A stretch of DNA of 64,000 bases from contig JBBSUT010000002.1 in the NCBI GenBank assembly GCA_038234155.1, forward strand, positions 7,504-71,503, read 5' to 3'. The translations under genes were made by a program, and so were the position numbers. This document shows, one piece after another, positions 11,152 to 20,963 of this stretch (positions within the stretch are counted from its first letter, which is position 1; each line of letters starts with the position of its first letter). The notes beneath the pieces are model-generated. The model saw only the letters and a program-made list of their open reading frames with translations, did no database searches and was not told the origin of the DNA. The stretch is from Sphingomonadales bacterium (GTDB lineage: Bacteria > Pseudomonadota > Alphaproteobacteria > Sphingomonadales > Sphingomonadaceae).

Positions 11152-11722
11152 GCAGCTTCTCCATAAAATGGCGACGACACAAGGCGAGATAGCGTTCCTC
11201 GCCGCCGATCTCGGTTTGCGCGCCTTCATGCACCGTTTTTCCGGCGGCATCGACGCGCAGGTTCATCGTCGCCTTGCGCCCGCATTCGCACACTGCTTTC
11301 AGTTCAATAAGGGCGTCGGCGATGCCCAGCAGTGCGGCAGCGCCCGGAAACAGTTCGGCCTGAAAATCGGTGCGCAGACCGTAGCAGAGAACGGGGATGT
11401 CCTGCTCATCTGCCAGGCGCGCGCACTGGAACACCTGATCGCGCAACAGAAACTGCGCCTCGTCGATTAGCACGCATGCAATCGGCTCCGCCCCGTGCTG
11501 GTGCATTACCGCAGCGTACAGATCGGTGCCGCCATGAAATCGGTGCGCCTCGCTGCTCAATCCGATGCGGCTGCTGATCGCGCCGAAGCCAGGCCGATCG
11601 TCGATCGCCGTGGTCCACAACATCACCGCCATGCCGCGCTCGCGATAATTGAACGCAGTCTGCAAAAGCATGGACGATTTACCCGCGTTCATGCTGGCAT
11701 AATAAAAATAGAGCTTGGCCAT
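11144..11722 (-). CDS. tdk: thymidine kinase
   Basis: 192 aa, MAKLYFYYASMNAGKSSMLLQTAFNYRERGM...VLIDEAQFL...PVLCYGLRTDF...CECGRKATMNLR. Collinear with E. coli-type Tdk. Confidence 0.95.
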   Translation of the reverse strand: MAKLYFYYASMNAGKSSMLLQTAFNYRERGMAVMLWTTAIDDRPGFGAISSRIGLSSEAHRFHGGTDLYAAVMHQHGAEPIACVLIDEAQFLLRDQVFQCARLADEQDIPVLCYGLRTDFQAELFPGAAALLGIADALIELKAVCECGRKATMNLRVDAAGKTVHEGAQTEIGGEERYLALCRRHFMEKLRV

Positions 11723-11767
11723 GGGCTGGTCCCCTAACCCGGTTCCGTGTGTTCGAGAAGGACTCGG

Positions 11768-12187
11768 TCAGTCCTGCGGGTTCTCGCCCTCGCCCAGGTC
11801 CTGCGCGACCTTGGGATTGCGCAGCAACGCGTCGATATGCGCGCCTTCATCAAAACTTTCGTCCGGGAGAAATTTCAGCTCAGCGGCATATTTCATGCGC
11901 ACCCGCTTGGAAACCTCGCCCTTCAGATAGCCGGCATTGTCCTTAAGCGCGGCGCCAATTTCCTCTTCCTTCTGGCCAAGCAGAGGCTTGAAGAAGACGG
12001 TCGCATGACGAAGGTCCGGCGACATCCGGACCTCGGTGATCGAGATCGGCGAGCCAGCCAGCCGCGGATCGTGCACATCGTCCCGATGGAGAAGTTCGCT
12101 TAGGATATGGCGCATCTGCTCGCCGACCCGCAGCGTGCGAATCATGCGGCCTTCGGAGTTCGTATCGTTATATTTGGCCATGAACAT
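11768..12187 (-). CDS. rbfA: ribosome-binding factor A
   Basis: 139 aa, [14 protein letters not shown]...[19 protein letters not shown]. The start could be an internal Met. Confidence 0.9.
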   Translation of the reverse strand: MFMAKYNDTNSEGRMIRTLRVGEQMRHILSELLHRDDVHDPRLAGSPISITEVRMSPDLRHATVFFKPLLGQKEEEIGAALKDNAGYLKGEVSKRVRMKYAAELKFLPDESFDEGAHIDALLRNPKVAQDLGEGENPQD

Positions 12188-12219
12188 CTCCTCCCTCCCG
12201 CAAGCGGAAAGGGAATGGA

Positions 12220-14790
12220 TTACAGCGTACGTTCGCGTTCCTCGACCTCGAACACCTCAAGCGTATCGCCCGCCTTGATGTCGTTGGTATCCTCCAGCAG
12301 CACGCCGCATTCGAGACCGGCACGGACCTCTGCAACATCATCCTTGAACCGGCGCAACGAGGCAATGACGGTCTTCGAAACAATGACGTCCTGACGCGTA
12401 AGACGCGAAAGCAGGCCTTTCCTGAGGAAGCCGTCGGTAACCAGCAGACCCGCCGCCTTGTCGCGCTTGCCCGCCGGGAACACGTCCTTGACCTCGGCGC
12501 GGCCGACCACCGTCTCGATGATCTCCGGACCCAGCTCTCCGGCCATTTCCTTACGGATATCGTCGGTCAGATCGTAGATCACATCGAAATATTTAAACCG
12601 CACCTTTTCGCGTTCGGCAATCTGGCGGGCCTTGGCATTGGGACGCACGTGGAAGCCAATAATCGGCGCGCCGGACGCGGCCGCCAACGTAACATCGCTC
12701 TCGGTAATGCCGCCCACGCCCTGGTGCAGGATGCGCACTTTGATGTCGTCGGTCGATATCTTGTTGAGCGCCTGGGCAATCGCCTGGGCAGTGCCCTGCA
12801 CATCGGCCTTGATCACCACCGGGAACTCGATCGCCGCGTCGGTGCCCATCGCGGAGAACATGTTCTCCACCGATGTCGGCGCCTGCGTGGTGCGCTGCTT
12901 GCGCGCCTGCTCCGAACGATAGAGAGCGACTTCACGGGCACGCTGCTCGTTCTCGACCACGGTCAACATGTCGCCCGCATTGGGCACGCCGGAAAGGCCC
13001 AGCACCTCGACCGGAACCGAAGGGCCCGCCGTCTTAACCTGCTTGCCCTTGTCATCGATCAGCGCGCGTACCTTGCCGCTTTCGCCCCCGACCACAAAGG
13101 TGTCGCCGCGCTTCAGCGTGCCGCGATGGACCAGCACCGTGGCAACGGCGCCGCGGCCCTTATCCAGCTTGGCCTCGATCACGATACCCTCGGCATCGCG
13201 GTCCGGCCGCGCCTTCAACTCCATAAGTTCGGCCTGCAGCGCCAGCTTCTCGAGCAGTTCGTCGAGCCCGGTTTTCTTCAGCGCAGACACTTCTACATCC
13301 TGCACGTCGCCGCCCATATCCTCGACAATCACCTCGTGTTCCAGCAGCCGCTCGCGAATTTTTTGCGGGTTGGCACCTTCCTTATCAACCTTGTTGATGG
13401 CAATGATCATTGGGACGTTCGCCGCCTTGGCGTGGTGGATCGCCTCGATCGTCTGCGGCATCAGCCCGTCGTCAGCCGCGACCACGAGGATCACGATATC
13501 GGTTACATTGGCGCCGCGCGCGCGCATGTCGGTGAACGCCTCGTGGCCCGGCGTGTCGAGGAAGGTAATCAGATCACCGTTCTTCGTCTTCACCTGATAG
13601 GCACCGATATGCTGCGTGATGCCGCCTGCCTCGCCCGAGGTAACGCTGGTGCCGCGTATCGCGTCCAGAAGACTGGTCTTGCCGTGATCGACATGGCCCA
13701 TAACCGTAACGACCGGGGAGCGCGGCATCTGCGTTTCTTCGGGGTCGACGTCGGTTGCGGTGTCGATCTCGATATCCGAATCGGACACGCGCTTGATCTT
13801 GTGGCCAAATTCTTCGACCAGCAGTTCAGCGGTGTCCTGATCGATGGTCTCGTTGACCGTGGCCGGCATGTCCATGTTGAACAGCGCCTTGACCAGATCC
13901 GCGCCCTTTTCGGCCATGCGGTTGGCCAACTCCTGCACGGTGATGGCTTCGGGCACCACGACTTCGCGGCTTTGCTTGGGCTGCGCCGTGCGCTTTCGGC
14001 CCGTCATCTGGGCACGCTTTTCCTTTTCGCGCGCTCGCTTCAGCGCGGCGAGCGAACGGGCGCGGGCACCATCGTCCTCGTTAAGCGCGGTGGTGACCGA
14101 CAGCTTGCCTGAGCGTCGGCGGTCATCCTGACCGGTCTTGACGCTCCGGACGGGCTTCTTTTCCTTCTCCGGCTTAATCGCGCGTTCGGGTCGTTCGACC
14201 GGGGTGAACCTGCGCGGCGGCGGCACTTCGCCGGTCGGTTGAGCGGCAGCGGGCTCTACGTCGGTGGCGATCATCTCCGACGCTTCGGGCTCGGCGGCCT
14301 GCGCGGTGTCGGCCGCCGGTTCGTCGGGCGCATTGGCCACGCGATCTTCGATAGCACGGTTTTCCTCGGCACGGCGACGCTCACCTTCGAGCGCCTTGGT
14401 CTTGGCCACCTCTTCGCGGCGGCGGCTGTCCTCGGCCTGGTTCAGGCGCGATTCCTCGGCCTCGCGCAGCAGCTTGGCCTGCATCTCCTGACGCGTCAGG
14501 TTGTCCATTGGCGCGCGGGTACGAGGCGCGGGCGCCGGCGGCGGAGCTTTCGCGACCGGCACCGGGCGCGGTGCGGGCGCAGGCGGCGGCGCAAGCGCCT
14601 CTTCCTTCGCCTTGTCGGCGGCCGCGACCTGACCGGGCTTGCCGACCAGCTTCTTGCGCTTGACCTCAACCTCGACCTTGTGGGTCCGGCCGTGGCTGAA
14701 GCGCTGCTCGACCTGCCCGGCGTCGACCGACCTCTTGAGCGTCAGCGGCTTGCGGGTCAGGGTCGGCTTGTCTTGTGTATCATCGCTCAT
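12220..14790 (-). CDS. infB: translation initiation factor IF-2
   Basis: 856 aa. GTPase block [17 protein letters not shown]...DTPGHEAF...NKVDK. The ATG overlaps the upstream stop (ATGA). Confidence 0.97.
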   Translation of the reverse strand: MSDDTQDKPTLTRKPLTLKRSVDAGQVEQRFSHGRTHKVEVEVKRKKLVGKPGQVAAADKAKEEALAPPPAPAPRPVPVAKAPPPAPAPRTRAPMDNLTRQEMQAKLLREAEESRLNQAEDSRRREEVAKTKALEGERRRAEENRAIEDRVANAPDEPAADTAQAAEPEASEMIATDVEPAAAQPTGEVPPPRRFTPVERPERAIKPEKEKKPVRSVKTGQDDRRRSGKLSVTTALNEDDGARARSLAALKRAREKEKRAQMTGRKRTAQPKQSREVVVPEAITVQELANRMAEKGADLVKALFNMDMPATVNETIDQDTAELLVEEFGHKIKRVSDSDIEIDTATDVDPEETQMPRSPVVTVMGHVDHGKTSLLDAIRGTSVTSGEAGGITQHIGAYQVKTKNGDLITFLDTPGHEAFTDMRARGANVTDIVILVVAADDGLMPQTIEAIHHAKAANVPMIIAINKVDKEGANPQKIRERLLEHEVIVEDMGGDVQDVEVSALKKTGLDELLEKLALQAELMELKARPDRDAEGIVIEAKLDKGRGAVATVLVHRGTLKRGDTFVVGGESGKVRALIDDKGKQVKTAGPSVPVEVLGLSGVPNAGDMLTVVENEQRAREVALYRSEQARKQRTTQAPTSVENMFSAMGTDAAIEFPVVIKADVQGTAQAIAQALNKISTDDIKVRILHQGVGGITESDVTLAAASGAPIIGFHVRPNAKARQIAEREKVRFKYFDVIYDLTDDIRKEMAGELGPEIIETVVGRAEVKDVFPAGKRDKAAGLLVTDGFLRKGLLSRLTRQDVIVSKTVIASLRRFKDDVAEVRAGLECGVLLEDTNDIKAGDTLEVFEVEERERTL

Positions 14791-15560
14791 CGAACAGCAG
14801 TCTTCCTAAGGTCGTCTTCATGTGTCGCAGCTTGACCGTCCCCGTCAGCGGGGGCGGCACCGTTACTGCATCCGGTGTAATTTAGCCAGCGGTGGAGATG
14901 GCGCAGCACGCGGGCGGCGGCCTTCTCCCCCAGAATCGCGGCATGTACCGCATTGTCACGTCCCAATGCCATAGATAGGGCCTCGCGGTCCACCGGCAAG
15001 ACGAGGCCGACATCGCCGGAGCCCTCGCGCTCAGTTCCCACACGCAGCGCCTGATCCAGCTTGCGGCGTCCATCGGGACGGGAGTCAGACGCGTGGAGCA
15101 ACAGCGAAACCCGCCCGGAGCGGGCGCGTTCGGCGATCTTCTCTGAGCCGGTCAGGAGGTTAGAGGCGCGCGATTCTAACCCCAGCCTGTCGAGCGTGGC
15201 TTGTTTGAGCTGCGCCTCGATCCACGCAGGGAGATTATCCGGCGCGGTTACACCGCCAGTCTTGAAGGCCCGCGCGAGCGCGCCTTTCAGCTTGCCCTTG
15301 TCCATCGCCGTCTGCAACTCGTCGCGCGAGACGCCGAGCCACGCGCCCCGGCCCGGGGCCTTGGCATTGACGTCAGGCGCCAGCTCCCCGTCAGGAGAGA
15401 TGGCGAGCCGAATCAGCAAATGTTGCGGCGCGCGCTCCCCTGACAGAATGCAGCGCCGGATCGGGTCATGTTCAGTCCGCGTCGAACCGGACCCTTCGCC
15501 AGGCTCGGCCAGAACCGGGTCTACGGCCGCATCGACGGTGTCATTGGGAGGCTTCCGCAT
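14787..15560 (-). CDS. YlxR-like RNA-binding protein (DUF448) fused to an L7Ae-like domain
   Basis: In frame with ORF 14787..15707. The likely start is MRKPPND (15560) or 15575. RRCILSGE...GRGAWL is the DUF448 motif. The position between nusA and infB is typical. Confidence 0.8.
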   Translation of the reverse strand: MRKPPNDTVDAAVDPVLAEPGEGSGSTRTEHDPIRRCILSGERAPQHLLIRLAISPDGELAPDVNAKAPGRGAWLGVSRDELQTAMDKGKLKGALARAFKTGGVTAPDNLPAWIEAQLKQATLDRLGLESRASNLLTGSEKIAERARSGRVSLLLHASDSRPDGRRKLDQALRVGTEREGSGDVGLVLPVDREALSMALGRDNAVHAAILGEKAAARVLRHLHRWLNYTGCSNGAAPADGDGQAATHEDDLRKTAVR

Positions 15561-17193
15561 TGGCGGCCTCCTCATCTTCTGCAGGCGCGGCCTCGGCGGC
15601 CCCATCTTCGTTGGCGGTTTCGTCTTCGTCGTCGAACCAGTGCGCGCGGGCGGCCATGATGATTTCGTTGCCCTGCTCTTCGGACAGGCTGTACGATGCC
15701 AGCACACCTGGTTTCACCTCGACCCTGCGGCGATCGCTGTTGGAACGGCGCGGCTCCTGGCGCGGCTTGAAGATCAGCTCGTCGGTAGCAAGGTCGGCCA
15801 GATCGTCGAGCGTCTTGATGCCCGCCTTGCCCAGCGTCACCAGCATACCCTCGGTCAGGATCGGCAGCTCGGACAGCGCGTCCTCTACGCCCAGCTCGCG
15901 CCGTTCGTTGCGCGACGCTTCCTCGCGGCGCTCCAGCGCTTCCATCGCGCGGCTCTGCAGTTCCTCGGCTAGATCGTCGTCGAAGCCTTCGATCGAGCTG
16001 ATCTCCTCGACCGCGACATAGGCGACCTCTTCCAGCTCGCTGAAACCTTCGGCCACCAGCAGCTGGGAGAGCGTCTCGTCGACGTCGAGTTCGGCCTGGA
16101 ACAGCTCGGTCCTTTCCGCGAATTCCTTCTGTCGCTTCTCAGAGCTTTCCTCCTCGGTCATGATGTCAATGCCGTGACCCGTCAGCTGGCTGGCGAGCCG
16201 GACGTTCTGGCCCCGGCGGCCGATTGCCAGCGACAGCTGATCATCCGGCACCACCACCTCGATGCGGGTCTCTTCCTCGTCGATCACGACGCGGCTGACC
16301 GTGGCCGGCTGCAGTGCGTTGACCACGAACGTCGCGGTATCCTCGCTCCAGGGAATAATGTCGATCTTTTCGCCCTGCATTTCCTGCACGACGGCCTGCA
16401 CGCGGCTGCCCTTCATGCCAACGCAGGCGCCGACAGGATCAATCGAACTGTCATAGCTGATCACGCCGATCTTGGCGCGGCTGCCCGGATCGCGGGCGGC
16501 GGCCTTGATCTCGATGATGCCGTCGTAAATTTCGGGCACTTCCTGCGCGAACAGCTTCTTCATGAAATCCGGATGCGCGCGGCTGAGCAGGATTTGCGGT
16601 CCGCGATTTTCGCGCTGGACCTTCAAAATCAGCGAACGGATGCGATCGCCGGTGCGCACCATTTCTCGCGGAATCTGCTGGTCGCGGCGAACCACGCCTT
16701 CGGCACGGCCCAGGTCAACCACGACATGGCCAAATTCGACCGACTTGACGACGCCAGTGATGATCTCGCCCGCGCGATCCTTGAATTCCTCGAACTGGCG
16801 CTCACGCTCGGCGTCGCGCACTTTCTGGAAAATCACCTGTTTGGCCGACTGCGCGTCGATGCGGCCAAGATCAACCGGCGGCAGCGGATCGACGATGAAA
16901 TCGCCGACATCCGCGTCCTTCTGCAGCTTTTGGCCCTGCTTGAGATCAACCTGCTTGAAATGATCTTCGACCTCTTCGACCACCTCGACCACGCGCCACA
17001 GCTGCAAGTCACCGGTCTGCAGATCGAGCTTGGCGCGGATATCGTTCTCTGCGCCGTAGCGCGAGCGGGCGGCGCGTTGGATCGCCTCCTCGAGCGCTTC
17101 AACGACGATCGCCTTGTCGATCATCTTCTCCTGCGCCACCGAATTGGCGATCGCGAGCAGTTCTGCCTTGTTGGCGGAAATCGGGCTGGCCAT
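15541..17193 (-). CDS. nusA: transcription termination/antitermination factor NusA
   Basis: 550 aa. S1 and two KH domains (GSRVQAVVQEMQGEKIDI; IGRRGQNVRLASQLTG) plus C-terminal HhH repeats and an acidic tail. Confidence 0.97.
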   Translation of the reverse strand: MASPISANKAELLAIANSVAQEKMIDKAIVVEALEEAIQRAARSRYGAENDIRAKLDLQTGDLQLWRVVEVVEEVEDHFKQVDLKQGQKLQKDADVGDFIVDPLPPVDLGRIDAQSAKQVIFQKVRDAERERQFEEFKDRAGEIITGVVKSVEFGHVVVDLGRAEGVVRRDQQIPREMVRTGDRIRSLILKVQRENRGPQILLSRAHPDFMKKLFAQEVPEIYDGIIEIKAAARDPGSRAKIGVISYDSSIDPVGACVGMKGSRVQAVVQEMQGEKIDIIPWSEDTATFVVNALQPATVSRVVIDEEETRIEVVVPDDQLSLAIGRRGQNVRLASQLTGHGIDIMTEEESSEKRQKEFAERTELFQAELDVDETLSQLLVAEGFSELEEVAYVAVEEISSIEGFDDDLAEELQSRAMEALERREEASRNERRELGVEDALSELPILTEGMLVTLGKAGIKTLDDLADLATDELIFKPRQEPRRSNSDRRRVEVKPGVLASYSLSEEQGNEIIMAARAHWFDDEDETANEDGAAEAAPAEDEEAANAEASQ

Positions 17194-17246
17194 GGTCTTT
17201 TCTCTACTTCTTTCTGTGCGTCTAAAATGCGTTTGAGGCGATCCGC

Positions 17247-17831
17247 CTAATTCTCGTCACTTTCGCCCGCGTCCTTAAGCTCGTCGTCAGTTTCGTCGTC
17301 GAGCTCATCCACCTCGTCCGCGCCTTCTGTATCGATCGGCGCGGTGGCGGCGATCAACCGGTCGGTCAGCATCAGCTTGGCCGAATGCAGCTGATCGGGA
17401 TCGAACAAGAGCTTGCCGGACTTGCGGTCGTCTATTGCGATCATGCCGTCCTCGACGCCGATCAGGTCTCCGCGCAGCTGCTTGCGACCATCCACACCAA
17501 CGGCCAGGTTTACCCGGGCCTCATGCCCCGCCCAGTCGGAGAAATCCTTGAGGCGTGTCAACGGCCGATCGATCCCGGGCGAACTGACCTCGAGCCGGTA
17601 GGCCCCATCGATCGGGTCCCTGCCGGCCTCCTCCATCTCGTCGAATCTGTTCGAAAGGCGGCGCGAAAGCTTGGTGCAATCGTCAATTCCCAGCTGGCGC
17701 GTGTCGGGCCGCTCGGCCATCACCTGCAAGGTACGCTCGTCTCCGCCCAGCCAAGCCACGCGTACCAGATCGAAGCCGAGCGCTTGGGCTTCGCTTGCGA
17801 TGAGAGCGGTGAGGGCTTCGAGATCGGGCAT
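17247..17831 (-). CDS. rimP: ribosome maturation factor RimP
   Basis: In frame with ORF 17247..17996. The start is MPDLEALTALIASEAQALGFDLV. LEVSSPGIDRPL motif. Confidence 0.9.
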   Translation of the reverse strand: MPDLEALTALIASEAQALGFDLVRVAWLGGDERTLQVMAERPDTRQLGIDDCTKLSRRLSNRFDEMEEAGRDPIDGAYRLEVSSPGIDRPLTRLKDFSDWAGHEARVNLAVGVDGRKQLRGDLIGVEDGMIAIDDRKSGKLLFDPDQLHSAKLMLTDRLIAATAPIDTEGADEVDELDDETDDELKDAGESDEN

Positions 17832-18041
17832 GCGGCTCCTTGAATTTCCAGTCCCCGGCACGAACAAAGCCGGTCGTCGCCGCACCCTTTCGGAGGCGGC
17901 CCCGCAATCGTCTTCGCAATGTCGGGAACGGTGCAGCGTATAGATGCGGGCGCGGCCCGATGCAACCGCGAAAGCTCGGCCAACGTTGACAGACAAGCGA
18001 GCCCGTGGCCGAACGGGCCAATCACGACCTGAGGACCAATT

Positions 18042-19268
18042 ATGAAATCCCTACTGACCGCCGCCGCCATGTCGCTGACCATTCCTCTGGCGCTGGCTGG
18101 CTGCAACGGATCGAGTGACAAGGCGATCGCCACCGACACGGCTAGCGACATGGCCGCGAACAACGGTGCCAGCGCCGATGCAGGCGCGTCCCTGCCCGTC
18201 AGCACCAAGCCGTTCCGCGAGACCGCCGTGGCCGGTTTCGACGAGCCCTGGGCAATGACCTTCCTGCCGGACGGCATGTTGTTGGTGACCGAGAAGAAGG
18301 GCAAGCTGAAAGTGGTCGATCCGCGCACCGGAAACATGGCTGACGTCGCAGGTACACCCAAGGTGGATTACGGCGGTCAGGGCGGGTTGGGCGATGTAGT
18401 GACGGGTCCGGGTTTCGCCGCGGACCGAGCGATCTACCTCAGCTGGATTGAGGCTGGTCAGGGCGATACCCGCGGCGCGGTGATCGGGCGCGGTACGCTG
18501 AATTGCGCGGAGCCCATGGCCTGCCGGATCGACGGCTTGAACGTCATCTGGCGGCAGGACCCCAAGGTGTCCGGGCGCGGCCATTTCTCGCATCGGATCG
18601 CCTTCTCGCTGGACGGCACCTATATGTTCGTCTCGTCTGGCGAGCGTCAGAAGGGCGATCCCGCGCAGGACCGGTCCAACAATCTCGGCGCGGTCCTGCG
18701 CCTGAAGCCCGATGGCAGCGTGCCGGCCGACAATCCCTTCGCTGATCGGGGAGGTCTGTCCGCGCAGGTCTGGTCCTATGGCCACCGCAATATCCTGGGG
18801 CTGGCGTTCGCGTCCAACGGCAATTTGTGGGCTGACGAGATGGGGCCCAAAGGCGGCGACGAAGTCAATCTGATCAAGCGCGGCGAAAATTACGGCTGGC
18901 CCAAAGCGTCCAACGGCAGCGATTACGACGGATCGGACATCCCCGATCACAGAAAGGGCGACGGCTTCCAGGAACCCAAGGCGTTCTGGAACCCGTCAAT
19001 TTCGCCCGCGAGCCTGATCTACTACACCGGCAGTCTGTTTCCCGAATGGCAGGGCTCGCTGTTGCTCGGCGGCCTGTCCGGTCGGTCACTCATCCGACTC
19101 AACGTGCGCGATCAGAACGCGGTCAAGGCCGATCGGTGGGACATGGGCGCGCGCATCCGCGAGGTCGAGCAGGGCCCTGCTGGCGCGGTATGGCTGCTGG
19201 AGGACAGCGACAAGGGATCGGGTGGCCGCCTGATCAAGCTCACCCCAGCGCAAAAGGCTGGATCCTGA
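18042..19268 (+). CDS. PQQ-dependent sugar (sorbosone/aldose) dehydrogenase family lipoprotein
   Basis: 408 aa. Lipoprotein signal (LALAGC). Beta-propeller blocks typical of YliI/sGDH-like enzymes (HRNILGLAF, GGDEVNLIKRGENYGWP). Confidence 0.85.
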   Translation: MKSLLTAAAMSLTIPLALAGCNGSSDKAIATDTASDMAANNGASADAGASLPVSTKPFRETAVAGFDEPWAMTFLPDGMLLVTEKKGKLKVVDPRTGNMADVAGTPKVDYGGQGGLGDVVTGPGFAADRAIYLSWIEAGQGDTRGAVIGRGTLNCAEPMACRIDGLNVIWRQDPKVSGRGHFSHRIAFSLDGTYMFVSSGERQKGDPAQDRSNNLGAVLRLKPDGSVPADNPFADRGGLSAQVWSYGHRNILGLAFASNGNLWADEMGPKGGDEVNLIKRGENYGWPKASNGSDYDGSDIPDHRKGDGFQEPKAFWNPSISPASLIYYTGSLFPEWQGSLLLGGLSGRSLIRLNVRDQNAVKADRWDMGARIREVEQGPAGAVWLLEDSDKGSGGRLIKLTPAQKAGS

Positions 19269-19271
19269 CGC

Positions 19272-19928
19272 ATGGCGACAACCGAGCTTGCAACCATCAG
19301 CTACTACCGGCGCGAGCTGGGCGCCAATATAGAACGCCTCATCGAAAATGCGCTCGACTGGAAACATTTGCCCTATCTCCACGACAGCAGTTTTGAGGCC
19401 ATCCAGGTCATCAATGCTGACGCTACCGGATGGACAGCCGATGCTCGCCTTGCGGGCGGCATGAAAGTGTCGCTCGATCTGCGGCTCGATCGCGCGAACA
19501 CTAGCTGGATTACGCGCACGGCGGCGGCAGGAAAGATCGTCAGCGAAATCGTTTCGATTGCGCATGCGCGCGATGCGCAGCGATGCCATGTCGAGGTAGA
19601 ATTTCGGATGGCCGGCGTCACCAGGGACAGGTGCGCCGCCATGGAGAAATATTACCGCACCCTCTACGCAAAACTTTACGATGAAGACGAAGCGATGATG
19701 GTCGCTCGCGCCGAAGCGCTCAGATTGGGCAGCAGGGCGCGCCGTGAACGGCAAACGGTCACACTGGCAAGCGGCGGCGAGGCCCAGGTTCCCCTGCGCT
19801 GCCCACATTGGGGTTTGCCGCTCACAGCCGATCCGGATGACCACGATATCATAACCTGCCCATGGCACGGCTACCGGTTCGATGCGCGAACCGGCGCGTG
19901 CGTCAGAGGACAATCGTGCAGGTGGTAA
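19272..19928 (+). CDS. Rieske [2Fe-2S] domain protein with an N-terminal oxygenase-catalytic-like (SRPBCC) domain in reversed domain order
   Basis: 218 aa. IENALDWKHLPYLH (EN..D..H....H, the non-haem iron motif) is at residues about 24-37. CPH-x16-CPWHGYRFDARTG (Rieske) is at the C-terminus. The start lies 3 nt after the upstream stop. Confidence 0.7.
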   Translation: MATTELATISYYRRELGANIERLIENALDWKHLPYLHDSSFEAIQVINADATGWTADARLAGGMKVSLDLRLDRANTSWITRTAAAGKIVSEIVSIAHARDAQRCHVEVEFRMAGVTRDRCAAMEKYYRTLYAKLYDEDEAMMVARAEALRLGSRARRERQTVTLASGGEAQVPLRCPHWGLPLTADPDDHDIITCPWHGYRFDARTGACVRGQSCRW

Positions 19929-19978
19929 TCCAGCCGAACCGCTTTCGATCGCAGCATTCCTCGCGGCAGACACAGTGC

Positions 19979-20052
19979 TGGAGCGGGCGGCGGGAATCGA
20001 ACCCGCACGATCAGCATGGGAAGCTGACAGGCTACCACTACATCACGCCCGC
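19979..20052 (-). tRNA. tRNA-Gly (anticodon CCC)
   Basis: Reverse complement is GCGGGCG-TG-ATGT-AGTGGTA-GCCT-G-TCAGC-TTCCCAT-GCTGA-TCGT-GCGGG-TTCGATT-CCCGC-CGCCCGC-TCCA. 74 nt with encoded CCA and one D-stem mismatch. Confidence 0.88.
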
Positions 20053-20218
20053 GCACTGCCCCATTAGCTTGGCACGTCAAGGCTGACAAGCCTTCCGGCC
20101 GGTGCGTGAGTATGGTTTCCTCTGCATTTCTCGAGCCGCCGAGCGGCGATCTTTGCCAAGCCGCAGACCGCGGCAGACGCAGGCGCCGCGCGGTTGCAAA
20201 GCTGGTGCCAGCCCCCTG

Positions 20219-20953
20219 TCAGCGGCAGGCGGACCAGCCGGTTGAACCCCGGTTCGCTTCATCCAGATGAAAATGATTGGCGTGCGCGGCGTTGTAATCG
20301 GGCGACAGAACGGTCGCGAACACATCACACGCCCCATCGCGCACCGCGCGCAGGAACGCGCGCTCATCTTTGGTCCCGTCATCCCAGTCCTGCAGCACGC
20401 GCACCGTCTTGCCATTCTCAAATGTGAAGCTGGCGATATCGATCGCGTTTCCCGTGGCATGTTCGGACCAGACTCCCTCTAATTTGCCGTACATCCGTCG
20501 ACAGCTGTAGGAGCCATAATGTCCGATGTTCGCGACCGGCGACCCGAGATACCGGAGCGCGGCGGGCTGTACGATCTGCCATTCCCATAGTGCCAGACCG
20601 GCCACGACCGCACAGCTTGGCCCAACGGCGGCCGGGCTGTAGCTGATCGCGGTAGACCCGCCGGACTTGGGACTCAGCCCATCGTCCGCCAGGCACTGCC
20701 CTTGTCCGTGCGGCGGCCGGGCACTATAGACGACGCCCGCGCGGTCCAACAGCGCTCGACATTGCGGGAAATCCCTGCCGAGCGCGGCGATCTTGCGGCC
20801 GGTGAGCATCCCCACCGGTTGTGTCAGATCAAGCGCCGTCCACGGCAAATCCTGCGGCCGATCACGCAGCATGACATATGCGATCAGGCCCAGGCCGCCC
20901 AGGATTGCGATCCACAATGCACTGCGGACAATCGACTGAACGGTCCGCAGCAA
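20219..20953 (-). CDS. extensin-like C-terminal domain protein (membrane-anchored)
   Basis: ORF 20219..21028. C-terminal block GNAIDIASFTFENGKTVRVLQDWDD...YNAAHANHFHLD. The start is uncertain: a TTG at 20953 avoids overlap with the upstream gene, and the ATG at 21028 is the alternative. Confidence 0.7.
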   Translation of the reverse strand: MLRTVQSIVRSALWIAILGGLGLIAYVMLRDRPQDLPWTALDLTQPVGMLTGRKIAALGRDFPQCRALLDRAGVVYSARPPHGQGQCLADDGLSPKSGGSTAISYSPAAVGPSCAVVAGLALWEWQIVQPAALRYLGSPVANIGHYGSYSCRRMYGKLEGVWSEHATGNAIDIASFTFENGKTVRVLQDWDDGTKDERAFLRAVRDGACDVFATVLSPDYNAAHANHFHLDEANRGSTGWSACR

Positions 20954-20963
20954 CGCTGCAAAC

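Noticed and set aside
20077-20460. ORFs of 60-130 aa in the tRNA-Gly to extensin-like gene interval and elsewhere (for example 20077..20460 and 20194..20427).
   Set aside because: They overlap the well-supported extensin-like gene in other frames or strands and have Arg/Pro-rich composition typical of out-of-frame GC-rich translation.
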